Shown here: positions 47,451 through 56,381 of the stretch, one piece after another
Layout of the letters: each line of letters starts with the position of its first letter
Position numbering within the stretch: position 1 is the stretch's first letter
From: an uncultured Bacillota bacterium
Lineage (GTDB): Bacteria; Bacillota; DTU025; MWDF01
Direction: 5' to 3'
DNA: 64,000 nt
NCBI GenBank assembly: GCA_963823655.1
Contig: CAWGMK010000013.1
Location: forward strand, 96,001-160,000
Notes under the pieces: generated by a model
Seen by the model: only the letters and a program-made list of their open reading frames with translations
The model's database searches: none
Told to the model about the DNA's origin: nothing
Translations under genes and position numbers: made by a program

Positions 47451-48284
47451 ATGAGATGGAATTCCAGGATGACTGTGGCAGTCGCTTTACTTGCGGTTTT
47501 CATGCTTTTAGGAGGCTGCGCGCCAAGTCTTAAGACTAGCATTGATTTTACAACGACCGGGTATGAGGAAGAAGTCGATATCGAATCGGATGATACAGCA
47601 ATGCCCGCATCCGCTTCGGCATCTGTTTCAGAGCCTTTGGACTACCATTGGGAGCACCAGCACGGCCTTGTCATTAGAAGAGGCCGCGTATACACAAAGG
47701 ACGCATACAAGGGAGACTTCAGGGCCGAGCTCATAGTAGATATCGTCTATTTAGAGAATGAGGCATCGATAAGCGCGGATTCCGAAGGCTTCATACTTGG
47801 AATAGGATTCAAGGAACTTCCAGTAGATTTCGACCTGTTCCCGAACGTTTTCAAGGCAGTGCAGTATTATGGCAATCATGTTGACCTGACAGACAGTATA
47901 AAAGCCTACACAGTCATGCCGCATATGCTGTATGATACGGCAATATCTATAGAAGACGATGATATAGAGTATATCAGCCCGTTCGTTAAGGACTTCCTGC
48001 CGGGCCTGGTCATTGGCGATGGCCTGGTCAGCGGTGAGAACCTAATCGTGCTGAAGAGGACTGGCGAGACCATATCCGTAGAGGTAAACGGGACATTAGT
48101 CGGAGAATACGAGAGCCATTACCTGATTGGAGACTACTTCGCAAACCTATTGTTTGACGACTTCGATGCTAATCTGCCGATAAAAATCGGCGTATTCTCC
48201 GGTTGCGCGCACATCAACGGAGATAATGACGAGGGCGTTTTCCTCAAGTCGCTCAATGTCTATGCTGACGAGATAATCGACTGA
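47451..48284 (+). CDS. Hypothetical acidic lipoprotein
   Basis: GGGAGG RBS; lipobox LLGGC; Asp/Glu-rich. Confidence 0.72.
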   Translation: MRWNSRMTVAVALLAVFMLLGGCAPSLKTSIDFTTTGYEEEVDIESDDTAMPASASASVSEPLDYHWEHQHGLVIRRGRVYTKDAYKGDFRAELIVDIVYLENEASISADSEGFILGIGFKELPVDFDLFPNVFKAVQYYGNHVDLTDSIKAYTVMPHMLYDTAISIEDDDIEYISPFVKDFLPGLVIGDGLVSGENLIVLKRTGETISVEVNGTLVGEYESHYLIGDYFANLLFDDFDANLPIKIGVFSGCAHINGDNDEGVFLKSLNVYADEIID

Positions 48285-48344
48285 ATTAGCTATTTGGCGC
48301 GTCCTACTTGCAGCCAAAGCGAAAAGGGCAATATAATCAATAAG

Positions 48345-48618
48345 TAATAGGAAAGGCTGCGAAGGGGACAAGTATCTGTGCCGATCACCGAAAGGGAGGG
48401 CTGGCCACCGATTGAGAGCCGGCCTCGGCAGGAAGGCATGAGGAATTCACCCCCAAGCCGCTCACCGGAAACCTGCAGGGCAGGAAGTAAGGTAAGCCGT
48501 AGACCCTGCGTTAAGGGGCTGGCGCTTTTTAGCGCCAGATGAGTGGGCCTTTGGCCAAAATGGGTGGTACCGCGGAAGCCGTAACTTTCGTCCCAGAAAG
48601 ATGCGGCTTCTTTATTAT
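48345..48618 (+). promoter_or_regulatory. T-box riboswitch (Phe specifier)
   Basis: TTGCAG-18-TATAAT promoter upstream; GAA TTC A specifier (48446-48448); TGGGTGGTACCGCG T-box (48561-48574) pairing with TTTCGTCCCA; gaagccg/cggcttc terminator plus T run. Confidence 0.92.
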
Positions 48619-48638
48619 TTGTGCAAGGGGGAGACAAA

Positions 48639-49658
48639 ATGCGCCCTGACATTGACAGGATTGTGAAGGACGCCCTCGGTGAGATCTCTGCAAGCAGCCT
48701 GGTTGAGCAGCTCAAATCAGTACGCTCTAGGTTCTTGGGCAAGAAAGGAGAGCTGACTGCCCTTCTAAGGAGCATGGGGGAGATAGCGGCGGAGGACAGG
48801 CCGTCTTTCGGGCAGATGATCAATCTGGCCAAGAGCAGGCTGGAAGAGGCCATAGGCGCCAAGTCTGCGGAGCTTGCTTCAGAGGCCAGGAAGCAGCAGT
48901 TCGGCAGAGAAGCGCTCGATATAACACTTCCGGGAAGGGTGCAGCGCGTAGGCAACCTCCATCCGATAACCAAGGGATTCGAGGAGATATGCGACATCTT
49001 CGTCCGCATGGGCTTCTCAGTGGTAGAGGGCCCTGAGATAGAGACGGATTTCTATAACTTCACGGCGCTGAATACGCCGCCATTCCACCCTGCAAGGGAT
49101 GTACAAGATACGTTCTACATCACTGAGAACATCCTTCTAAGGACGCAAACTTCGCCGCAGCAGGTAAGGCAGATGGAAGCGCAGGATCCGCCGGTGAAGG
49201 TGGTCGTACCCGGTGTCGTCTACAGGCGAGATCAGGTGGACGCAACCCATTCCCCGATATTCCACCAGCTGGAGGGGCTATATGTAGACAAGGGAGTAAC
49301 ATTCGCCGACTTGAAGGGCTCCTTGGAGGTCTTCATAAAGGCTTTCTACGGGCAGGACAAGAGGGTCAGGTTTAGGCCTCATTACTTCCCGTTCACTGAG
49401 CCATCGGCAGAGATGGACGTTTCTTGCTTCGCATGCGGAGGCTCCGGCTGCCGCATATGCAAGGGCGAAGGATGGATAGAGATACTTGGCTCCGGCATGG
49501 TACATCCCAATGTGCTGAGAATGGCAGGGTATGACCCCGATGTATACAGTGGCTTTGCTTTCGGCATGGGAATTGACCGCATAGTATCGTTGAAATATGG
49601 CGTGGATGACCTGAGGTTGTATTTCGAGAACGATATCAGGTTCCTCGAGTCATTTTAG
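48639..49658 (+). CDS. pheS: Phenylalanyl-tRNA synthetase alpha
   Basis: HPARDVQDTFY, LRTQTS, THSPIFHQLEG, FPFTEPS, GFAFGMG. Confidence 0.97.
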   Translation: MRPDIDRIVKDALGEISASSLVEQLKSVRSRFLGKKGELTALLRSMGEIAAEDRPSFGQMINLAKSRLEEAIGAKSAELASEARKQQFGREALDITLPGRVQRVGNLHPITKGFEEICDIFVRMGFSVVEGPEIETDFYNFTALNTPPFHPARDVQDTFYITENILLRTQTSPQQVRQMEAQDPPVKVVVPGVVYRRDQVDATHSPIFHQLEGLYVDKGVTFADLKGSLEVFIKAFYGQDKRVRFRPHYFPFTEPSAEMDVSCFACGGSGCRICKGEGWIEILGSGMVHPNVLRMAGYDPDVYSGFAFGMGIDRIVSLKYGVDDLRLYFENDIRFLESF

Positions 49659-49669
49659 GAGGTAGCGAC

Positions 49670-52112
49670 ATGTTAGTACCTTTAAGGTGGTTAAGAGACT
49701 ACGTCGATTTCGATATGAAAGCGGAAGACCTTGCCGAGCTTCTAACAATGACAGGAACGAAGGTTGAATCCGTAACGCGGATCGGCGATAAAACCCAGGG
49801 CATTATCTCGGCAAGAGTAGAAGAGCTTGCCCCTCATCCGACCGAACCCCGGCTCAAGGTAGCGAACCTTTCCGCTGGCCGCTATTCGTATACAGTTGTG
49901 ACAGCGGCAAGAAACGTAGAAGTAGGCGACATAGTGCCGCTGGCGGCCCCGGGAGCAGTGCTTTACGATGGCAGGCTAATAGGCGAGGCCGAATTTGCAG
50001 GCATAAAGTCCGAGGGAATGATGTGCTCGGCGATGGAGCTGGGAATCTCAGAAGATGCGGAAGGCATTATGATACTTTCTGAATTCATGCCTGACCGGCC
50101 TGGACCTCGTATCTGTGCTGGAGCTGCAAGACGAGGTGCTGGAGTTGGAGATTACGCCCAACCGGCCTGACTGCTTGGGAATGCTTGGCGTGGCCAGGGA
50201 AGTGGCGGCAATCACCCGAAATGCTATGAGATGGCCCGAGCTTGAACATCCTGAAAGAGGGGAGCACATCTCATACCTTGCTTCGGCGCAGGTGCTTGAC
50301 CCGGATTACTGCAGCAGATATGCTCTAAGGCTTTTCTCAGATGTTAAGGTAGCCCAGTCTCCGATCTGGATGCAGGTCAGGCTCAAGGCTGCCGGCATAA
50401 GGCCAATATCGAACATCGTCGACGTGACGAATTACGTGATGCTTGACGTCAACCAACCACTGCATGCTTTCGACTTCGACAGGATAGAGGGCGGAAGGAT
50501 CATCGTAAGAAGAGCTGTAGAAGGTGAGAAGATAACTACCCTCGACGGCCAGGAAAGGCCCGTGGAACAGGGTATGTTGCTTATTTGCGACGCAGCGAAG
50601 CCGGTGGCCGTGGCAGGTGTAATGGGGGGAGCCGAAAGCGAGATAGGGCCGGATACCAAGAGAGTTCTTCTTGAATCTGCCAACTTCCTCAGGCAGAGTA
50701 TCTGGCGCACCTCCAAGTATATGAAACTGAGGACAGAATCCTCATCCAGGTTCGAAAAGGGGCTTGATGTTGAAACGATACCGTTGGCTCTGGACAGGTC
50801 GGCAAATCTTCTGGCCTACATGGGGGCTGCGACAGTTCATCCCGGCATGATCGATGAGAACCAGGCACCTAACTCAGCCAGAAGTATTACCACATCGCGG
50901 GGCTGGATCTCCAGAAAGCTCGGGACCGAATTGGGCAGCAAAGTCGATGATTACCTGACCCTGCTGGGGCTAGATGTGGAGCCTGATGATTTTGGAGATG
51001 GTATTGTTGTGGATATCCCCTCCTGGAGGGCTGACTTGCAGGAGCCGATCGATCTTGCTGAGGAAGTGGCCAGGCTTCATGGGTATGACAATCTAGAAGC
51101 CAAGGTGCCGGAGAACTCCAAGCCTTCAAGCTGGACAGAAGCTCAGATTGCGGAGAAGCGGATAAAGAACGTGCTTGCTTCAGCGGGAATGCATGAAGCC
51201 ATGACATACAGCATGGTCCCCTGCGATGAGTACAAGCTTATGCGCCTTAGCGAGGACGAAAGGGAGTCCAAGCCGATAGTTGTAAGCAACCCGCTTTCGG
51301 AGGACCAGTCTGCTATGAGGACAATGCTACTTCCCTCGCTGCTTCGTGTAGCGGGAACAAACCACAGAAGAGGGGCGGGAAGCGTCAAAGTATTCGAAAT
51401 GTCCAAGGTTTACCTTGCAGGCAAGGATGGGCTTCCTGTCGGTGAGCTTCAAAGGGGCGAGGTTCCTGCCGAAGAGATAAAAATGCTGGCCGGCGTGCTG
51501 TCTGGAAGCATTTCAGGCTGCTCAGCGGAAAAAAGCTGGCTTTCGAAAGAACGCCCGGTCGATTTCTACGATGCCAAGGGAGTAGTTGAATCCCTCCTAG
51601 ATAATCTGGGCATAGATCAGTGGTCGGTGACGGAAAGCAGCGCTCCTTACCTAAGGCCCGGCAGGGCTGCCGACCTTTACATCAAAGGGAAGAAGGCAGG
51701 TTCATTCGGGCAGATTCACCCGGATACTGCAGCAGGCTTTGATGTCCCTGAGGAGACGGCAGGTTTCGAAATACTCGTCCTGCCACTGCTCGAATCGATC
51801 AGGAGGGATATGAAGTTTAAGGGCATCCCCAAATATCCGTCCACAATAAGGGACATTGCTATGATTGCGCACAAGGAAATAAGCTCGCAGAGGATCAAGG
51901 AAGTAATAGTAGAGAAAGCAGGGGCGTTCCTTGAATCAGTCTCAGTATTCGACATATATGAGGGGAAGAATATCCCGGAGGGGTCAAGAAGCCTCGCATT
52001 CACGCTTAAATACCGCTCCGCTGAGAGGACACTTACAACTGACGAAGTAAACGAAATCCATGATGCGGTGCGCGAGGAGCTGGGAAAGAAGCTTGGAGTA
52101 ACGCTAAGATAG
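49670..52112 (+). CDS. pheT: Phenylalanyl-tRNA synthetase beta, split by a +1 frameshift at ~50075-50110
   Basis: SEGMMCS..ELG in frame 1; ITPNRPDC, SSRFEKG, DLAEEVARL.GY, NPLSED, FDX-ACB C-terminus in frame 2. Confidence 0.93.
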
Positions 52113-52145
52113 ATTGCATGTACTCGGGATTTGTTTGATTAAAGC

Positions 52146-52186
52146 GGCGCAATAACGTACTTCAGGGCAGAAGCAGTTATTGCGCC
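52146..52186 (+). terminator. Hairpin after pheT
   Basis: ggcgcaataac/gttattgcgcc inverted repeat; no clear U-tract. Confidence 0.45.
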
Positions 52187-52239
52187 CATGTTATTCACAT
52201 ATGTATAATTTACTTGAATTACCTATGAGGTGAACCGAT

Positions 52240-53115
52240 TTGATAGATATTATTATGTGCCCTCTCAGTTACGGAGCCGATAAGGCAGGCTTAGAGCATG
52301 GACCGACGCAACTGATGGGGCGATTTCCGGAGCTTGCAAGCAGAATAAGATTCATTAGCGTGGCAAGGAAGCCGGAGAATTTCTCCTCTGCCAATTTGAA
52401 ATTCGTAAACACGATAGCCGCAACCTGCGAAATTGTTGCAGAAACCATAAGCTTCTCGATCGGCGAGGGCCACATCCCAATACTTCTGGGAGGGGACCAT
52501 GCGCTCGCCATGGGCAGCATAAAAGGCGCTTTGGACCATTACGAAAGGCTTGGCGTGCTCTGGGTTGATGCGCATGCCGACATGAACACGCACAAGACCA
52601 CTCACTCAGGGAACATCCACGGCATGCCTTTGGCCGCTGTTATGGGTTACGGACATTCCAAACTGGTCGATTTGCATAATGAGAAGCACATCGATTCATC
52701 TGATGTCGTTCTTTTCGGTAGCAGGGATGTAGAAGAAGGCGAAAAGAATCTTATCAAAAGGGCAGGCGTCAAGAACTACAGCTTCGATCAGATTATGTCT
52801 AAGGGTTTCGAAGAGTCTCTAGAAGATGCGCTCGATTACCTTTCCCAAAAGGTTTCACACCTTCATCTGTCACTTGACCTTGACAGCATTAACCCCGATA
52901 TTGTGATGGGAGTTTCGACTCCTGTTGAAGGCGGGTTTACAGTAAACCAGATTATTGATCTGATCAAGAAGGTGCTCGGCAGGTTCGAAGTCACTTCAGT
53001 TGACATCGTAGAGTATAACCCCTTGCACGATAGGGGAGAAGTAACATTAGATACAATGGTAATGCTCGTGAAAATTGTAGAGGGCCTTTTCGCTGATAAG
53101 TATGCCCTAAGATAA
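52240..53115 (+). CDS. rocF: Arginase
   Basis: GGDH, WVDAHADMNT, SGNIHGMP, SLDLDSI, VEYNP. Confidence 0.9.
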   Translation: MIDIIMCPLSYGADKAGLEHGPTQLMGRFPELASRIRFISVARKPENFSSANLKFVNTIAATCEIVAETISFSIGEGHIPILLGGDHALAMGSIKGALDHYERLGVLWVDAHADMNTHKTTHSGNIHGMPLAAVMGYGHSKLVDLHNEKHIDSSDVVLFGSRDVEEGEKNLIKRAGVKNYSFDQIMSKGFEESLEDALDYLSQKVSHLHLSLDLDSINPDIVMGVSTPVEGGFTVNQIIDLIKKVLGRFEVTSVDIVEYNPLHDRGEVTLDTMVMLVKIVEGLFADKYALR

Positions 53116-53131
53116 GGGCATACTTACCCTT

Positions 53132-53689
53132 CTACCTGGCCCGTTCCAGCAAAGCTTCCATATCTTCCTTGCTCATCATGCCCACTTTATAGTCCATCAG
53201 TACGCCGTTCTTGAATACGAAAGTAGTAGGGTAACCCTCGATGTCGAATTTCTTTGCGGCCTCCCCGTCAAGGTCCAAAAGTACGGTCAGTCCTGTGAAT
53301 CCCTGCTTTTCGAGGTATGCTTTAACTACGGCTTCCTTTTCATTCACGTCAATTGCTACTACCTTGCCGATGCCCTCAGATCTCATCTGTCTGTCAATCT
53401 CGATCAGATCGGGCATCTCAAGTTCGCAATAACCGCACCAGGTTGCCCAAAAATTCAAGAAAAGTATCCCCTCCGAATAATCTGAGATCCTCTTTGTTGC
53501 TCCTCCTAGCTCTAGAAGGCGCATATCCAGATCCTGCAAGGTTACATCCTCCGTGGCATCCCCGGAGCTTGCAGCAGCATCGATCGGCGCGACAGTCTCT
53601 TTTCCGAAGTTGTTGTATGCAATGTATGCCGTAGCGGCGATAACGACGATTGCAAGCAATATGATTACTGACTTTTTCAAATGCAACAC
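53132..53689 (-). CDS. Membrane-anchored TlpA/ResA-like thiol-disulfide oxidoreductase
   Basis: N-terminal TM; NFWATWCGYCELEMP; YPTT. Confidence 0.88.
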   Translation of the reverse strand: MLHLKKSVIILLAIVVIAATAYIAYNNFGKETVAPIDAAASSGDATEDVTLQDLDMRLLELGGATKRISDYSEGILFLNFWATWCGYCELEMPDLIEIDRQMRSEGIGKVVAIDVNEKEAVVKAYLEKQGFTGLTVLLDLDGEAAKKFDIEGYPTTFVFKNGVLMDYKVGMMSKEDMEALLERAR

Positions 53690-53872
53690 CTCTTTCCGTT
53701 AATAATAGAATATCAGAGGCAGGGGCCAAGCAAAAGTGCCCGATAGCCGACCGTCCCCAGCATTATTTGGCCCTGTTGTTAATCTCAGTGATTAGGAGTT
53801 AAAGATTGAGTATCCGTAAAAACATAAATGGCCTGTTTTGAAGACGATTTAGTAACAGGAAATTGATAAGAT

Positions 53873-53902
53873 AAAAAGAGGAGGAGGGCAAAACCCTCCT
53901 CC
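53873..53902 (-). terminator. glnA terminator
   Basis: ggaggaggg/ccctcctcc stem with A5 on + (U-tract on -). Confidence 0.7.
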
Positions 53903-53909
53903 GTCGGCT

Positions 53910-55241
53910 CTAGAAATTCTGAAGGTAATTGTCGAGCTCCCATTGATGGACGATCTGCTTATAGGACTTCCATTCCTGTAAACGTCCGTTTCTGTACTTT
54001 GAGTAAATGAAATCCCCAAGCGCTTCACGTACCACATTATCGGCATCCATCTCAAGAAGGGCGTCTTTTAACGAGCCCGGAAGGTTCTCGATGCCTTCGC
54101 ATGCCCTCTCATCGTCTGACATGTGATAGAGGTTTTTGTTGCAGGGGGCAGCGGGCTTCAATGAATTGTTAACGCCGTCCATGCCCGATGCGATTATCGC
54201 TGCAAATGCCATATACGGATTGCAGGAAGGATCGGGGTTTCTTAGCTCAACTCTGGTGCTGGCGCCCCTGGCTGCGGGTATTCTAACCAGTACGGACCTG
54301 TTGGCAGTCGACCAGGCGATATAGACCGGAGCCTCAAATCCTGACACAAGTCGCTTGTACGAGTTTACCAGAGGATTTGTAATCGGCGTAAAGCCCTTTG
54401 CATGCTTTAGAAGCCCGGCTACGAAGCTGCGGGCTATGTCGGAAAGAAGGAACTCGCCGTTCGGATCGTAGAAGAGGTTCTCGCCGTCTTTTGAAAGTGA
54501 CATGTTGCAGTGCATTCCCGAGCCGGCAATGCCATATATGGGCTTTGGCATGAAGGTGGCGTGCATCCCGTGCTTCTTCGCTATCTGCTTGGTCACCATC
54601 TTCAGCGTTACGACGCGATCGGCCGCGGTTAGGGCATCTGTGTATTTGAAGTCGACCTCATGCTGGGAAGGGCCGCATTCATGATGTGCCAGCTCGATTT
54701 TGAAGCCCATCTCCTCAAGGGTGAGGACGATATCGCGGCGCACTTCATCCGTGTAGTCGGAAGGGGTAAGGTCGAAATAGCCCGAAAGGTCAACGGGCTG
54801 AGTAGTCGCCCTTCCCATTGCGTCAGACTTAAACAGGTAGAATTCGCACTCAGGACCTACATTAACCCTGTAGCCCTGGTTTGCGGCCTTTTCCATCTGC
54901 CTTTTTAGCGCAAGCCTGGGATCTCCTTCGAAGGGCTCGCCGGTCTTGGTGTAAATGTCGCAGATTATCCTGGCCACGGTTACTTCTCCGTTGCTCCAGG
55001 GGAGAAGGAGGAATGTGTTAAGGTCGGGGCGGAGATTCATGTCGGACTCCTCAATCCTGGCGAACCCCTCGATAGAAGAACCGTCGAACATTATCTGGCC
55101 ATCTAGCACCTTGCTGAGCTGGCTGATCGGAACCTCGACATTCTTCATCGTACCCATCATGTCCATGAATTGCAGCCTGATGAATTTGACGTACTTTTCC
55201 TTGCAAAGCTTCTCGATATCGCTTCTGTCATAGCTTGGCAT
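53910..55241 (-). CDS. glnA: Glutamine synthetase type I (GSI-alpha)
   Basis: FDGSSIEGF, ESDM, ATFMPKP..G.AGSGMH, NSYKRLV.GFEAP, R.ELRNPDP. Confidence 0.96.
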   Translation of the reverse strand: MPSYDRSDIEKLCKEKYVKFIRLQFMDMMGTMKNVEVPISQLSKVLDGQIMFDGSSIEGFARIEESDMNLRPDLNTFLLLPWSNGEVTVARIICDIYTKTGEPFEGDPRLALKRQMEKAANQGYRVNVGPECEFYLFKSDAMGRATTQPVDLSGYFDLTPSDYTDEVRRDIVLTLEEMGFKIELAHHECGPSQHEVDFKYTDALTAADRVVTLKMVTKQIAKKHGMHATFMPKPIYGIAGSGMHCNMSLSKDGENLFYDPNGEFLLSDIARSFVAGLLKHAKGFTPITNPLVNSYKRLVSGFEAPVYIAWSTANRSVLVRIPAARGASTRVELRNPDPSCNPYMAFAAIIASGMDGVNNSLKPAAPCNKNLYHMSDDERACEGIENLPGSLKDALLEMDADNVVREALGDFIYSKYRNGRLQEWKSYKQIVHQWELDNYLQNF

Positions 55242-55297
55242 TTCCACCCCTCCTTTTCGCATTTCGTAATGAACGACCTGCTTAAATAAACGATAAA

Positions 55298-55326
55298 ATA
55301 CTAATACAAAAGGGCCCGTGTGTCAA
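55298..55326 (-). promoter_or_regulatory. Sigma-A promoter of glnA
   Basis: TTGACA-17 nt-TAGTAT on the minus strand. Confidence 0.7.
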
Positions 55327-55501
55327 TAAATATTCCGATTATGCATGCGCTATTTTGCGCATAGCTTGTATTGCAGCATCTATCAATAAGGCAGATATCC
55401 AAATTGAGCCAGATTATGCATTCAATATGAACCGACTTGCAGCACAATGATACTTATCGGCGCAATTTGTGGTATTTTTATCTTATATAGCAGAGCAGGT
55501 G

Positions 55502-55780
55502 ATGGATGTGACAGCGGAAGACGGCAAGCAGGCAGCCAAAAAAGTAACCGTGCCGGTGAAGATAATGGGCGAAAGCTTCCTTATTACCGGCTCTCAAGAG
55601 GAGAAATTTGTTATCTCATTGGCAAAAGAGCTTGACTGCAGGCTGATGGATGCGCGAAAGAGTATGAGCGGGGCATCGTCCAACAGGGTTGCCATTTCGC
55701 TTGCACTTGAACTCCTTGCCGAGATAAGGTCGGAGAAGAAGAAATCCGAGGAGCTTCTCGAGGCTTTTGAGCGCAGCTGA
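55502..55780 (+). CDS. zapA: Cell division protein ZapA
   Basis: V.V.IMG..F.I, LA..LD.R, RVAISLAL; zapA-cvpA-mutS2 context. Confidence 0.75.
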   Translation: MDVTAEDGKQAAKKVTVPVKIMGESFLITGSQEEKFVISLAKELDCRLMDARKSMSGASSNRVAISLALELLAEIRSEKKKSEELLEAFERS

Positions 55781-55798
55781 TTACCTTGGAGGTGTGAT

Positions 55799-56332
55799 AT
55801 GCAGAGTTTCGACTGGTTAAGTATCGTTATGACGGCGTTCTTGGTAATTTCCCTGCTTAGCGGATTAAGGCGCGGATTCTTCAGGCAGATAGCGGATATT
55901 GCCGGCATTGTCTTAGGCTTTCTGCTGGCTTCGAAGTTCTATGTTCAGGCGGGCCAATGGTTGTCCGGATTTATTGGACAGCTAAATGAACAGGTGCTTT
56001 ATGTCATTGGATTCATTGCCGTCTTCGCGGTGACCCTGCTTGTCATGGAGATAGCAGGCTTCATTCTTTCGAAAGTATTCGCGCTTCCCGGACTTAACAT
56101 CATAAACGGCCTGGCCGGAGCGGTCATCGGGTTGGTAATGGGAGCCGCATTCTTCGGGATAGTGCTTTCGCTGGTTATGGCACTTGAATATCCTGCGGTC
56201 AACTCGGCTATAGAAGCCTCCATTGTGCCGCATTTCCTAGTCACCGGCATCAGCTGGGCGTATGAGAAGATCGGTTTCGCAATACCACAGCTGGATAACG
56301 CAATTCCTCTGTTCAAAGGCTTCAAGCCCTGA
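55799..56332 (+). CDS. cvpA: CvpA family membrane protein
   Basis: D......GLRRGF, N.LAGAVIG. Confidence 0.85.
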   Translation: MQSFDWLSIVMTAFLVISLLSGLRRGFFRQIADIAGIVLGFLLASKFYVQAGQWLSGFIGQLNEQVLYVIGFIAVFAVTLLVMEIAGFILSKVFALPGLNIINGLAGAVIGLVMGAAFFGIVLSLVMALEYPAVNSAIEASIVPHFLVTGISWAYEKIGFAIPQLDNAIPLFKGFKP

Positions 56333-56381
56333 CAATCAGCACTTATACGGCCTTCAAGGAGGTCGTTCTCCTTATTAAGCC

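Noticed and set aside
41831-48300. Genomic island integrated at tRNA-Pro
   Set aside because: No integrase or transposase, no duplicated tRNA 3' end seen, and composition looks similar to the flanks
19439-50115. Programmed ribosomal frameshifting at the hydB, znuC and pheT shifts
   Set aside because: No slippery heptamers or stimulatory structures; several independent single-base indels including an essential gene are better explained by sequencing error
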